DNA of 60,715 bases, the filler included, from Sphacelaria rigidula (taxonomy: Eukaryota): assembly GCA_964200075.2 (NCBI GenBank). It is 3 parts of 3 records of this genome, joined end to end, with 100 filler letters (N's around TTAATTAATTAA, not from the genome) between each part and the next. Parts side by side here need not be neighbours in the genome. Positions count along the whole stretch, not along the records: positions 20,297 to 40,462 come from CAXNAA020000561.1; 2 more parts are not named here. One strand, given 5' to 3'. Below, one piece after another: positions 25,331 to 37,700 of this stretch (position 1 is the stretch's first letter; every line of letters begins with the position of its first letter). Under the pieces are notes generated by a model, which worked only from the letters and a program-made list of their open reading frames with translations, made no database searches and was not told the DNA's origin. The translations under genes and the position numbers were made by a program.

Positions 25331-28300
25331 TAAACACTGGAAATGGCCACCTCCTGCAGCATGGCTTCAGGTCAGTAGGACCGTGTCAAAAGAACACGCA
25401 CACTGATACACCAAACAAAACAAGATACCGTGGAAGCAGAGTGCTGTATGTCGGGACGACACTATTCAATGAGGGTATGAGCTCTCACCACAAGTCCTAT
25501 TAAAGCAAGGTACAGACACTTCTACTGTATAATACTGGAATTGTTTTGGGGGGGGGGCGAGAGAGATGGAGAGAGCAGAGATTATGGCAGAAAAATACGG
25601 GAGCGATGGAACCCAAGGACAGATAGGGTGTGTACAGGAGCACAACCAGGAGCACCCCAAGGCCACATGCCAAGGACAAGGTCAACAGCCGACGGGAGAG
25701 GACAGAGTTAGATCACTTTCTGTATCAACTCTGGTTCCCTCACTCATCTCTAGTCGGGTGTAAATCGGGCTACTCTGTCGACCATTTCCATCCTGACTTC
25801 CTCGCGAGTTGTTGCTGTTGTTGTGTCAGCAATGGCGACTCTCCGATCGGCGCCATTCGATGCAGCAGCTTCTTGCTTATGGCGAAGGCCTGATCGGTGT
25901 TTTTCCTCCCGTCTCCACGCTTCCTTGAACTCCCCCGCCGCTTTCCCGACTCCCAGGTGCCATTACCCATGTTCTTCGCAGCAATGACCCAATTGTGCGT
26001 ATCTTTGGACCTCCACAAGGTAGACCAACCATTTCCGTCATGCTCCCAGGTGTGCAAGAGCCTCTATGGTGCGCGCAGTCTCTCCTGGACGTAATCCCCA
26101 CAGTGTTTGGAGCGTTGGCCAGCCTCCTCGGACCCTCGTGCGCTGACTGTCCGAACACGATTCGCTTTGGAGGATGCCATGCGTGCTGCTGGACAAGGGC
26201 CCCCGCGAGCCAGAGTTGACGCTCGCAAATGGTCGTCTCGACATCCTCGCAGTTGGTAATCTCGAGCACTTCTCGGTATGAAAGGGTCTTGTGACTAGTT
26301 CGTCCCTTCCTATCGAATCCAGCCACTCGCGGCAAAATCTTGCAGTTGATAATGCGCAGACGCTTGACGCCCTCGGGGCGCAGCGTCCATGTAGCACATC
26401 CATACAGCATAGCTTCCTCCAGTGCCTCCGCTTAGAGCAACCGGAGTTCAATAGGTTGTTGGTCTTTGGGTCGATCGTAGAGTTAGACTATATACTTTTG
26501 AAGGCGTGTCCAGGTATCGCTACTGTGACGTCTGATTTCGACGGAATTATGCATCTGCGCCGACAGCACCGTCAAAGTAGACACACTAGACCGTCTGCTT
26601 ATACCGTTGGTTCGATAAGAATATGCTCAGTGGGACTTTGATTGCTCGCCCCAACTCCTGGTGTCGGCGTGTCACAAACATGATGTCGGTGGGCGATCAT
26701 TAGCACCGCAATACACGCTGTTATTATTCCAGGAAGATTCCTGCCCCTCGCAGAAAGCGCCGACTCTGTGGGCTACGAGGTCGAGGAGAACTCCACCAGC
26801 ACGTGCTTGGAGGGACGTGCCCCCATAGCTACCACACTCGATCCTATTCTATTTTTTGTGTAACACTTCGATGGCGGCGTCTGTTCAATCCTACAGCACC
26901 TCGCCAGATGTCCAAGCGGTAGCGATGTGTAAGTGGTTACAGAATCTCCGAAGGCTCCCTGACCAGTCCAAGCTTGAAGGGATTTGAAGGTGACCCGCAC
27001 GGACCCATCTCTTTGCCGTGAGCCATAGCTCTCAGGGCGTCCTCTGTTTCACTCGGGCTTAGTGGGTCTTCAATTCGATATCACGTTCGGTCGTTGCACG
27101 GTGTTCTCGATCACAGCTCGGTTGATTGTCACCTCATGACATTGAGCAAGGTGGAAATTACTGTCCCCATCTCATGAATTGGACCCTTGTCCCACAGTAG
27201 GTTCCCGTCCTCGCCCTTCATTTACCACCCACTCTCCTCTTTCCGTTCCGTCAATCTCCGTCTTCCTTTCAGATGTCTCTATCATCCTTTCATGTCTCAA
27301 GTCTGATATACTCCTCCACGTTTTTTGCATACACATCCAGGTACCTGATCCCTGCACGCTGCTCGCAAGGTACGCCACGTGGGGTTACCCCCAGGTCCTG
27401 TTTGCACCGTCGATTTCACCCTCTCCTCCTCATTCTAGGCCTGTTTGAACCTGGTTCGGGTGGCAGCATCACCGAACCACCCCGGTATGCGTGGCTTTCG
27501 TGTCTAATGGGGCGCTACCTTCTCTGCGGAGGTCCGGAGCATGTCTATAAAGTTTGCAGCCACTGACTGCATCGACTGTAATGCCAGTTTTATCCTGCTT
27601 GAGGTTGTCGATGAAAATCTGAGTGAGTTGGTCGCGACTATCGGTGCCAGACATTGTTACTCGCTTGCCTATCGGTTTGTGCACATTGGAGATTCGCCGA
27701 GATCTGTCGCGTACGAATCGACCAACGAGCCGCACTGAGGCGCACACGATGCTGTGGCCAGAGTCCTGCGAGTTGGGTTGTTGATCGTGGTCGTGGGCGG
27801 CAAATTTCCAACAAGTCTGTGGTGATTTTGCTGTATCAGGACGTAATCAGTGCGTTCTTATCCGCGGGACGATTCGCAATACCATTGGACATACGCAACG
27901 CGCCTCTCTTTGTGGGAAAAAACAAAGCTTCATCAGGGCAAGGCTGTTGTCACGTGCAAGTTCTGGCAAAGCTGTTGAGGTGCGATTGCTGCCACTCGCT
28001 CAAGAGTTCCGGCCATATGCCCCGAACATTTTATCGTCCCCCCCCTCCTGTTCTTACTCCAGTCCTGGCGCTAGTATCGGTCAAAGCAAACAGGTGGTGG
28101 TTGTTGGGCACTCGGTTCACGGTGCTGTCAAACTCCGTCCAGAACAGCTATTTATCTCCCCTTGGCTTTGATGTGTTTGTAGCGGCATAGGCAACGGCAA
28201 ACGTGATAGCATCCATGTGCCTACCCGGTTAAATTCATCGGCATTAGACTTTCGCTGACGAGCGCCTGAGTCCACATAGCCTTATTGATGACCGACTCCT

Positions 28301-28777
28301 TTAGCGCCAACCTAACCCTCTGTTGACCAGCCCTTCCCTTGACCCCTTTCGCCTCGCAGCACAAGACACGGTATCGCGCGGCAGAGAATTCACTTCGGCC
28401 CGGTTTCTTTGTCTCCTGCACTTCGATGATATCACAATCCACCGCTTGACACTTCTGCGAAACCCCCTCAGCATGGCCAGCCCCGTCTTTCCCGTGTATT
28501 CAACTGGGCAACTAACAAACAATCGTGGCAAAAATCGTGTGGAAAGTGGCTCGGCTGCTACTGCGCGCACGGAGATGTATTGTGACGAGATGTAATAAGG
28601 CAAAACACCGGCGCGAACACCAACCCTCCCAATCAGTACTTACCATCGAGATCACATGTAAATCCGTTGTCGGGTTTGAAACAATCGCTGCACCTCGATA
28701 TCAATTGCATTGACGCCTTGAACATCACAGTAGGCCTCAACCCGATCCCTACGTCACTTCGCCTCTCAATAATTGGT

Positions 28778-31700
28778 CTAACTGGAACTTCCCGACCTGC
28801 CTAATGTTTCCAAGAACGGGGCATCCTCTTCCAGAAGCGAGGTCCTTTTCGAGCAGGCGCGCTCAATATCCTCCATCTCTTCCATGACGGTTTTAGAGAA
28901 ACCCCACCCTGGGCCGCCAACGATATCCATTACGTCCTCACACCCCTTCTTCCACTGGGCGCCATTTTCGCGAGGAGGTCGTAGTACGTGGTTTGTGGTG
29001 GTGGTCGAACTTAGCATTGATAGCGCTGCGGTCCCGGGTCTGATTGGCGTGATTCCGTGAAGTGCACGTTGCATGTCTGTAGGCACGGAAACCTCCGGCG
29101 TTACCGGCGATGACAAACTTGAGGGGAACAGGGTGGTCGTTATCCGAGCGTTGGACAGAAACGCGCGTTGTTCTCTAGTGCACCTGCGGGTGCCGGATGT
29201 ACAGCAGAATAGGCGGGAAATGATCAAATGTCATGCCTGCCGCGAAACAAGCGGTGTGGCTCAGCAGCAACACATTAATACGGTCGTTCACGCTACCATA
29301 TGGAGAAGTGCTTGTGAATAGCGCAAGCCCCATTCCCCGGCTAGGCGAGGCATCTCGTGTCGACCAAAAGATTTCGCGACGCGAAGAAACCTTGCGACGT
29401 ACCTGTCGTAACTTGCTGAGTTTCAGCACATATTATCCACAACGCGTACAGGTCGACATTTGTCAGGCACAACAGTGTGAAACCTCCATGAGACCAAACA
29501 CTCACCGTCGCATTTCGGTCGCTCTCTGTGCTAGCCTCGCCAGCTCCTTTCCCACGTCCAACCCCGCGGAGGAGGGAGTGGAGGCCGCCGCTTCCAGGGT
29601 AGCTTCCGCCGCCGCCAGTCCCGTATTGGGGATCGCCTCTGCGTTGGGTGAGCCACGATCCCCGGAGGCAACCCGCTGCGTCTTGCGTTCCTCTTCGTGT
29701 CCGAGTGTATGAGGTCTCATCGCACCTGCCGGGCGAGAAATATGTTCGCGTGTCGTGGACGAGGATCAGCCATGATGTGCATGAATGCCGAGGTAGACTG
29801 CGAACCTAGCCCAACACGCGATCGTCTCCTCTTAAAAATATCCAAAAATAGAACGACTCGGCCGGTCTTCCAACGCCATTCTGGGCACTGACGGCCCTAT
29901 GATACCCCCATCAGCCACGATGCGAGTACGGTACTTTCACCTGCGGCGTTGCCGCAGTCCACGGAACGCCTCCACTCTTGAAGAGCTGCCGAAGATGGAG
30001 AGCCGGGGTTGTGGGATGTGGAAACTTTCGCTGCTGGTCGTAGAGCGGTTGGGTTAACGTCACCGGGCATTAACATGGGCTGACTCATATGTCGTCGTTG
30101 GTTTTGCTGGGCGACCACTGCTCGGGTAAGTTCTGATTTCAGGCGACGTGATACGGACAGCTCTGTGGCTGATTGGGCCCGAGCTTGCGCGATGATCGTG
30201 CGCTCTTCGTCCTGCCGTCGTGCAGATTCCTCAACCTGTGCCGCGCAAGGGTCCCGAGTTTTTGCACGGTGCCCGATGTATTTATTCGAAATTGCAGGAC
30301 AAATCGGCATCACATGCAGGAGCGGGTGTAATTGTCAGGTTGTGTGGCTTGACACAAGAGAGACACGTTGAGCTCACCAGCATCACCTAGACCACGGCTC
30401 AGATATGAAGTCCATATCCACGTGATGAGCGGTTCGCAGTACCACGGCAAAGCAGGCTGTTCAAGGTGTACCTATGGAGTCTGCTAAACACGTTTCGTCA
30501 CTGGATCGCCAAGGAACACGTGTCGATAATATTTTAACACACGCACAGGACAGTGGCAGGGTTGTGAGGATCGCTTGCCTGAGCGGAACGTAGCCGTATC
30601 GATTCGGTTGCTTTCCTAGCCTCGCTAGAAGCCTCCATGGCTTGCGCTCTCATGCTTTCTGTCTCCCGCCAGCGTTTCTCTATCTCCGCACCCCGAATGC
30701 TGACGTCGTCGAAGGCATGTTTAAGATCCGCGGCCATACGCGTTAAACGTCTCCTTTCCAGCTTTTAGGTTCGATGGTAACAGGATATGTTTTCGGCGAA
30801 ACGAACCCAATGTACGAGAAAGGAGTAAACAACAAATCATATCAAAGCGAAGAGAATTTGAAGACAAAGTTTGACGCTGCGATGCGTAGTGAGGGCGGCG
30901 GAGTACTCCAGAATATCCTTGCAAACTCACACAACACGGAAGGATCGTATGCAGTTGGAAGTAAAGACTAGCATGTTCGAAGGCCGAATAGCACACCATG
31001 GGCGCTGGGAAATTGCAGATTGACTCATTAACATCATGTGCTAACCATGGTACTCGTAGACCAAATGGTTGAATCCTTGGGGTGGTGACGACGAGCAAAG
31101 TTGCGGGCTTGCTTGTGGCATATTTTCTCCGCTTTCCGGCATTCTGTGAAAAAGCCTTGCACCAATTGTTTCAAGAGGTGAGGGTGAACACAATATCGCA
31201 AACCGAAATGCTCGATCACGGTGATCGATAGGTGTCGGGCAAGTTACCGAAGCTCCAAACACACGGACCACACCTCCTGTTGGTCTTGAGCACGATCTAG
31301 TGTAGCGCGAACGTCTTCGGCCTTCTGGAGGTCGGCTCTCGCAGCCATGAGCCTCGCCTCCAAAGACATAGCCTCCTTGTCCAGGCTCTGCAGGCAATAT
31401 TACAGTGCTCGAGCACATCACTTCTTGATAAAGTAAGTAGCGATAACATCAGTCAGTCAACGTCAACGCCTGATGTGACAACGATTGTCCACAAGCTCAC
31501 CTGCATGTATCTTGTCTGCTTGGTACACATCGATGCCATTGCAGAAGAGGATACATGTCATTAACGTTCATAGACACAGCACCACTTTGCACGTTCTCAT
31601 GTCAGGCTTGATCTTTTGCTACTTACACTGAATGAAAGGACTAGTTCCGCTAGCAGAAGATAACATCTGCGTAAGTTGTCCCCGAGGTCCGAGTGAGTCT

Positions 31701-34700
31701 AAGTTCACGCACACGTGTGAAGGACCGCATGTTGGATCATGGCCAACAAAACGGAATGAGCAGAGCTTGGGGAAGCTGGCACTTACGCCGTGATGGTCGC
31801 GGTGTACATATGTTTTGCAATTTACATCTGTCAATGGTGCGAACAACCCCTGCAACCGGAGATGCAGCACAAATGCCACAAGTGTCATTTGCCCGAAACC
31901 ACGAGGAATAGATACAGGCCGAATGGCATCATCTAAGGCGCCCCGGCAAAGACCTCACCCGCCCAAAGGTCAATATTGGCCAGGGAAAAGGGTGACGCTT
32001 CCAGCGGGGATCATGTCAAGCATTGGCGCTGCAGAAATTTATGGGCACTCGCCTGACGTGCGAGGTCTAGCCGTTGTTCCTCTTCAGCCTGCCTCTTGGC
32101 CATTTCTTCCGCCGCCTGAGAAACAGGACCCCATGCGGGGGCGACACCAATTGGAACACATACAAACACGTGCGCTAAGTCGAGGTATTTCACGCAAGGT
32201 GCTCCATGAGATAGCACTGGGTCATCGTCCGTGCTGGGTTGTAGCTCAAATTTCGCCCACCCGAGCATGAGTGAATTTTCCACGGATGATTCCACCTTCG
32301 TTGGGTCCTCATTGCCATTCATAGATTTTCCGTGTCTACTTCGCCATGTCTTCATCCGCATCAATGGAATAATAAACGGAATGGAACAAGAGTGACCTAG
32401 TGAAATCATACAGCGCACAATATGCGCGCCGAAGCCCAAGCATTTTAAGCTCTCACCTGGGCGGACGACACAAGGAAATCAGCAAACTCTTGCCGCTCCG
32501 TCTCTAGCTTACGCCGCTGGCAGAAGCAAGATGATGGAGCACCAGAGGAAGTGACGAGGAGGTCAGCTCATTTTTCTTCACTGCTCGCACTGTCCGTGTA
32601 TTTTCTTGACCTTAGGAGTACGTTTGTGTACTCGTAGTGTATATGGGTGGACGAAGTTTAAAGTACACGAGGGAAATTGCTGAAACATGCCTTCCTTAGC
32701 GGGTATTGTCGAAGTCGATCTAAAATGGATCAAGGGACAAGCCTAGTGTCACAACCCCACACGTACTGGGGCGTATTTGAATCGAATACTGGGTTGCTGA
32801 CGTGTGGACCGTTTGCGAGCACATCCCTCATGGTAATGCACCTGCTCGCCCAAACGCTCGCGTTCTGCTCTTGCGGTGATGTCGGTTTCTCTCTTCTGTC
32901 TCTCTATCGCGGCAGATCTCTCAGTCAAGCGCTTGTGCTCTTCTTCAACGCCTTCCCGCATAGCTCCCACTTCAGCAACCATTGATCCCTGGAAAAAATC
33001 CACGGTTGATGTTGAGCGTTCGATCATGAAATACCAACAACAAAATATATACAGACACAAAGCAGGGGAGAAGTACAATATATTTCAGACGCATTTACGT
33101 ACAAAGGAAATAGCGATTTCTCTCGGGAACACATGTGTGATTTCGAGAAAGTCATTTCAATAGGCACCAGAGGGCAGATTTTTGTGCATAGTAAGGAGTG
33201 GCTCCTCCGGATGCGATAGGGCATTCAATTCTGATAGCACTAGACAGTGAAACTCTCGGGGTACTTCGCCACACCTGCAACGCGTCGAGCCTGAGATGCT
33301 CCTGCCGAAGTCTCTCCCGTTCGCCGGCGTTTTGCCCTCGAATACCGCGCATCACCTGGTGACGTGCAAACAAACTGAGAATATTTTTAGTCAGGCGCAT
33401 CCGCTCATCCAACGACCAGAAAAAGGTCGAACACTGACATCCACACACTAGAACATGATACGGAAAGGGGCGGGAAGGCGAGGTAAGACCGGAGTCTACG
33501 TGCTGCGAATGCCTACTACAAGCCCTGGTTCCGCTACAGCCGTGGTCGCTCTTCTCAAGCGCAGACACCGGCTGCACTACGGCTACTTGTTCAAACATGG
33601 CGCGACTGCGTAGGCCCAAAACAACAGTTCTTGTGCTGACCTGATCCATGGCCATAAGTGTTCCCTGCAACCGCTGCACTTCATCGTCAGCGGTCTGTAC
33701 GAGAAGAAAGATGCAACGCGGAACAGGTGAGGGCCGGCTTGCATTTGTAACGAGGTCAAAGAGCACAGGATGGAGTGGAGTTCAGGATTCAGACTGGCTA
33801 GAGTATTTCCGCACCTAGCCTATCGCGCTTCGCAGATCTGGATGTCAACCCGTGCACTGTGGAAAATATTTTGCCGTCAACGATGTCGATCAATTGAAGC
33901 AGCTTACACTCTCAAAATGGCACCAGGTAGAGAGCGCTCCCTCGTTTTTCCCATTGTGACGAGGACAGGCGAATTCTCCGCCGAATATGTCTCCACCCCG
34001 CAGTGCGTTGTGCATAGAGATATATCTCACCACGTTCGGTTGATAGGGATTGATAGGATCACCATCCTATGATCGAGTCATGTACGTGAGCATCGTAGAT
34101 TTTCAATCGGTGTTTCGGAGATATGCTGTACCTGCTGTGCACGTTTCGCAGAACTCTCTAGCTCTTGGATGAGTCTCTCCCGCGCGTCCATCTGCCCTTC
34201 CCTCGAGACCTCAGCGGCTCCCTTGCGTTCTACCATGTCCGCCTGGAGGAGTTTCAAAGCCCCAGCACTTGCCTGAACCTGCCCAGAATCATGAAAACAA
34301 GAGAGATGTGGTCAATGCTGTCGCGTTGGCCTACCGAGGTCTCTAAGCTGCAAGGCCAGAATGCCGTGTTGGACCCACATACGGTCGTTTGGATATGTTG
34401 GGGGTGATGACTACCTCTGAGGAGTCGTATCCCGAAACTGAGGTGTCTTCAAAGGCGAAATTGTAGTAGCGCTTTGCCGTGTTACTCTCTGTTACGTCGG
34501 AACATCTTCCGCGGTACCCGGCGTCAGTAGCCAATCGAAAGCGGGTTACTGTAGGCGCATGCTATGCGAACGCTTCGGTGTGCTACTTTGCCCCCATCTC
34601 TACGTCCTCCGACTATGCCCATAATTGATCATACGAACAATCGCCACTCCATCCCAGTGTGTATACAGTAAGATCAACTTCTACACAATATCATGCTGGC

Positions 34701-37700
34701 ATTGTTTATCCCCTTGTTTCGTGCGTTGCGCAAATCTACAGATCCGTTTGGTCTGGTCAAGCACCACCACAAAAAAACAGCTCCACAGTGGATTGTGACC
34801 GGTGTCTCGTGACATTACCTGTCCAGCTAGAGTCTCCAGAGTCTGAGAATCCATGCTCCTTCTCCGCACGTCCTCTAGTTCCTCGCGATGCAGTCGTTTT
34901 AGCTCTGACAAGGCTTCTTCGTTTCTTTCCGCGGACGCTCGAATGTCATTCTGACCTCACATCGCCGGAAATCGCGAGACAGTTAGTGATGTTCATCGTA
35001 CGTATACAAAAGGGTCGTCTGTCCGTTGCGAGTGCGGCAATTGTGTGCTATGGCCAAGTCCACTCTGCCATGAGGGATTTAATCTGTTTTCGCTGATTCG
35101 GTGACCATCCCCACAAAAATTCCCGTACCACAGTACCAGGCGCCCGTCATTTCTATGTAGCACATCGGAGAACACTCTCACTACTTTGCAGACTTCACAA
35201 CGGGTCGAGATAAGCATAGGCTCACCGGCCCAAACCAAGCGCGCAGCACCAAAATAATCGTGTACCATACGCTTCAGGCATTTAAGGAAGAGAGTTGTTC
35301 GTGTTGTTGAGTTGCCGCTGAGCACGAGATGCACAATTAGTGTCTAGAATCGTCCTCCTTCTAAAAGTGAGAGGTTATCGAAGGTACTACAACACCAATG
35401 TGAATATCACCGGATAACTACTACAGGCTGGTTTACGCTCATGATCCAAACTTGTGACATCAGGAACTGCCTTTCGGACAGTACCTACCGAGTAGTCGCA
35501 TACATGGTGTAGTGTATCGCATTGACCGTCATGGGCAACTACTAAAGGTGACATAGCCGAAAAAAATCAAGTCATGAGGGCAAGGGTGGCGTTGAGGGCG
35601 AAACATTACCTCGACCAATCGTCGACCTTCAAATTGTTCTGAAATCAAAAATACGAATACACAGCTCCAATTCCACCCAATTTCCCCATGCTTCAAACCG
35701 TAGTAACCGCCATCAGCTCGAGAATCGAACGGTAAACACGTTGTTAAGATTCTCACTAAGGAATCGGTATTTCCCCCAAGTCGTGGTATTTCGGTGATGA
35801 AGGGTTTCGGCGTCGTCGTATTGCACTCTTGATATGCACCAAAGAGCCAGAAAGTCTCCTGACGGTTCCCTTTATATATGTCGCAGAACAGCTCCGACCG
35901 CCCTCCCATTAGGTAGTTCGGTAGGTATTTTTTGTACATTTGAACGTTAATTGTACCCAAAGGGTACGTTTCTATACTAAAATCAAGTAGTTAGGAGTTT
36001 GCACCGAGCACGAAAAATTTCATCGCCCAAAGGCGCAAGACTCTAAAAAATTGTACCCATGTGTTATGGGTCACTGCAAAACTTCCAATGGACAAGACTG
36101 TTTTACTTTTGGGTTTTTTTATCGGTTTTCGGGGGTCCGAAGGGGGAATAGAACCTCCGAGAACCTCGGGACCCCCGAAAGCCTTCAAAACTAAAAGTGA
36201 AAAAAAAAAAACGTTCCTCGAAAGTTTCGTAGTGAACAATAGTACAGCTGGGTGCAAATGTTCAGAGTCTAATTAAAAAAACGACATGGACTTTTGCCGA
36301 TGAAGATAGTTTGGGTGATAGGCGTGAACCAGCCTGTATTGCTCACCTGATGCCGAGTCTCTGCTTCTGCCATCTTACGAATTGACGATGCCTGCTCTGA
36401 GCTCAGGTCAGACGCAGCTCTCGCTTCCACCGCTGCCACCGCGGTCTTAAGGCCAAGAGCTTCAGCCTCCAGCTGACGAATACGAGCCCTGCGGTACAGC
36501 GTTAACAAAGAATCAGTCGGGACTACACCATCCCGGCGGAAGCATTTCACCCTCTTCACGCGGAAGAATGCGCTGCTTGGGAGGAACATGCAAGTGTCTG
36601 CGACAAAAGAGAAGAGCAACCTATTCGTACAGTGTGGCTCCGACACCGCAGCAAGAGCCCGAGTGAGGTGCGAGTTCGATCTCCAGGGAGTCACGTATTC
36701 GATATCCGAAACACTGCGATTCTGTTGGCAAGAAATACATGATATTATCCTGCAAAATCTTGTCTTGATAGCTGATTACAGCGATGTGCACCATGCATGA
36801 TCGATTTCCCCTTCTTCAGTGAACACATTTTGTGGGTCTCTTATATAGGTCCAGGCGAGCATTCTCCAAACAACCGCAGATATCCAACATTTCCTACTGC
36901 ACACTGCGTGTTGCCAACGCGCAAGCCCAATCTTGCGCAGTACGGCTCCACACCCCTACCTGGCGGTTGCCAGCGCAGAGTCTGCATCTGCTGCTCGCGC
37001 CTCCGCAGCAGCGGCCGCCGCTTTTGACGCCGCTGCCTCCTGCTCAAGCTTCTCCTCTTGTTTGGCAAACCTAGTGGTGGCGTTCTCCTTTTCGTTGGTG
37101 AGCAAGACCAGCTGACGTTCAAAGGACGACAGCACCGAACTATGTACAGATTCTGCGCCTACGGCTGTGTGCCTCTCGGACCGTGTGGAGTAACAACCGA
37201 CGTCCGTTCGTCCTTTTCGATCGCCGGCCATAGCGCTTGCGGTACCGCCACCGCCGCTCCCATCGGTGACCTTTAGCGTTCTTGGTACTTCAGCTGCACC
37301 TGTTGTTGTCTTATCAAGTTTAATTTGTTGGGCGGCGCCGTCTGTGAGTACCTCTGTGTTCGGCCCAACTTTATTGCTCAAGGTCTTTGGAGACTGGGAA
37401 GCAGATTCAGGGAGTGCTAGTGAATCGACTCGGTCTAGTTTGCTTTTCTCCGCCTGTTCTGGCGCACACACGGGCTCAGCAACCACTGTTACTTTCTCTT
37501 TTTCCCCTGCTGCAGCTGCTGCTGATGCCAGTGCGGTGGACGCGAGTGCAGAGCGTTGTGCTGTGAATGTCGGGGTCTCTCGACGATTATCTTCGGGTGT
37601 AAGCGAACTATCAGCCCGGGGTCGCCTCCGTCCGCCTACGGATAGAGCCCGACGCTGTCTGCGTCCACCGTCCATAGCAGATGGGGTAAATCCCAAAACG

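Larger units (their letters stand above)
24322..28500 (-). mobile_element. Degenerate, internally deleted RTE-like LINE (endonuclease to 3' tail), interrupted by MITEs
   Basis: APE endonuclease motif CDIIEVQETKKPGRSEFSAARYRV (28221-28442). C-terminal MLYGCATWTLR..LSYREVLEITNCEDVETTICERQLWLAGALV (25877-26410). 3' terminal motif accacggctgaat..atgtgcgacaatcagtcaatcaa at 24322-24385. Confidence 0.85.

Noticed and set aside
35480..36270. AT-richer intronic block, possibly a DNA transposon remnant (similar case at 58790-59390)
   Set aside because: No TIR, TSD or second copy could be verified by eye.
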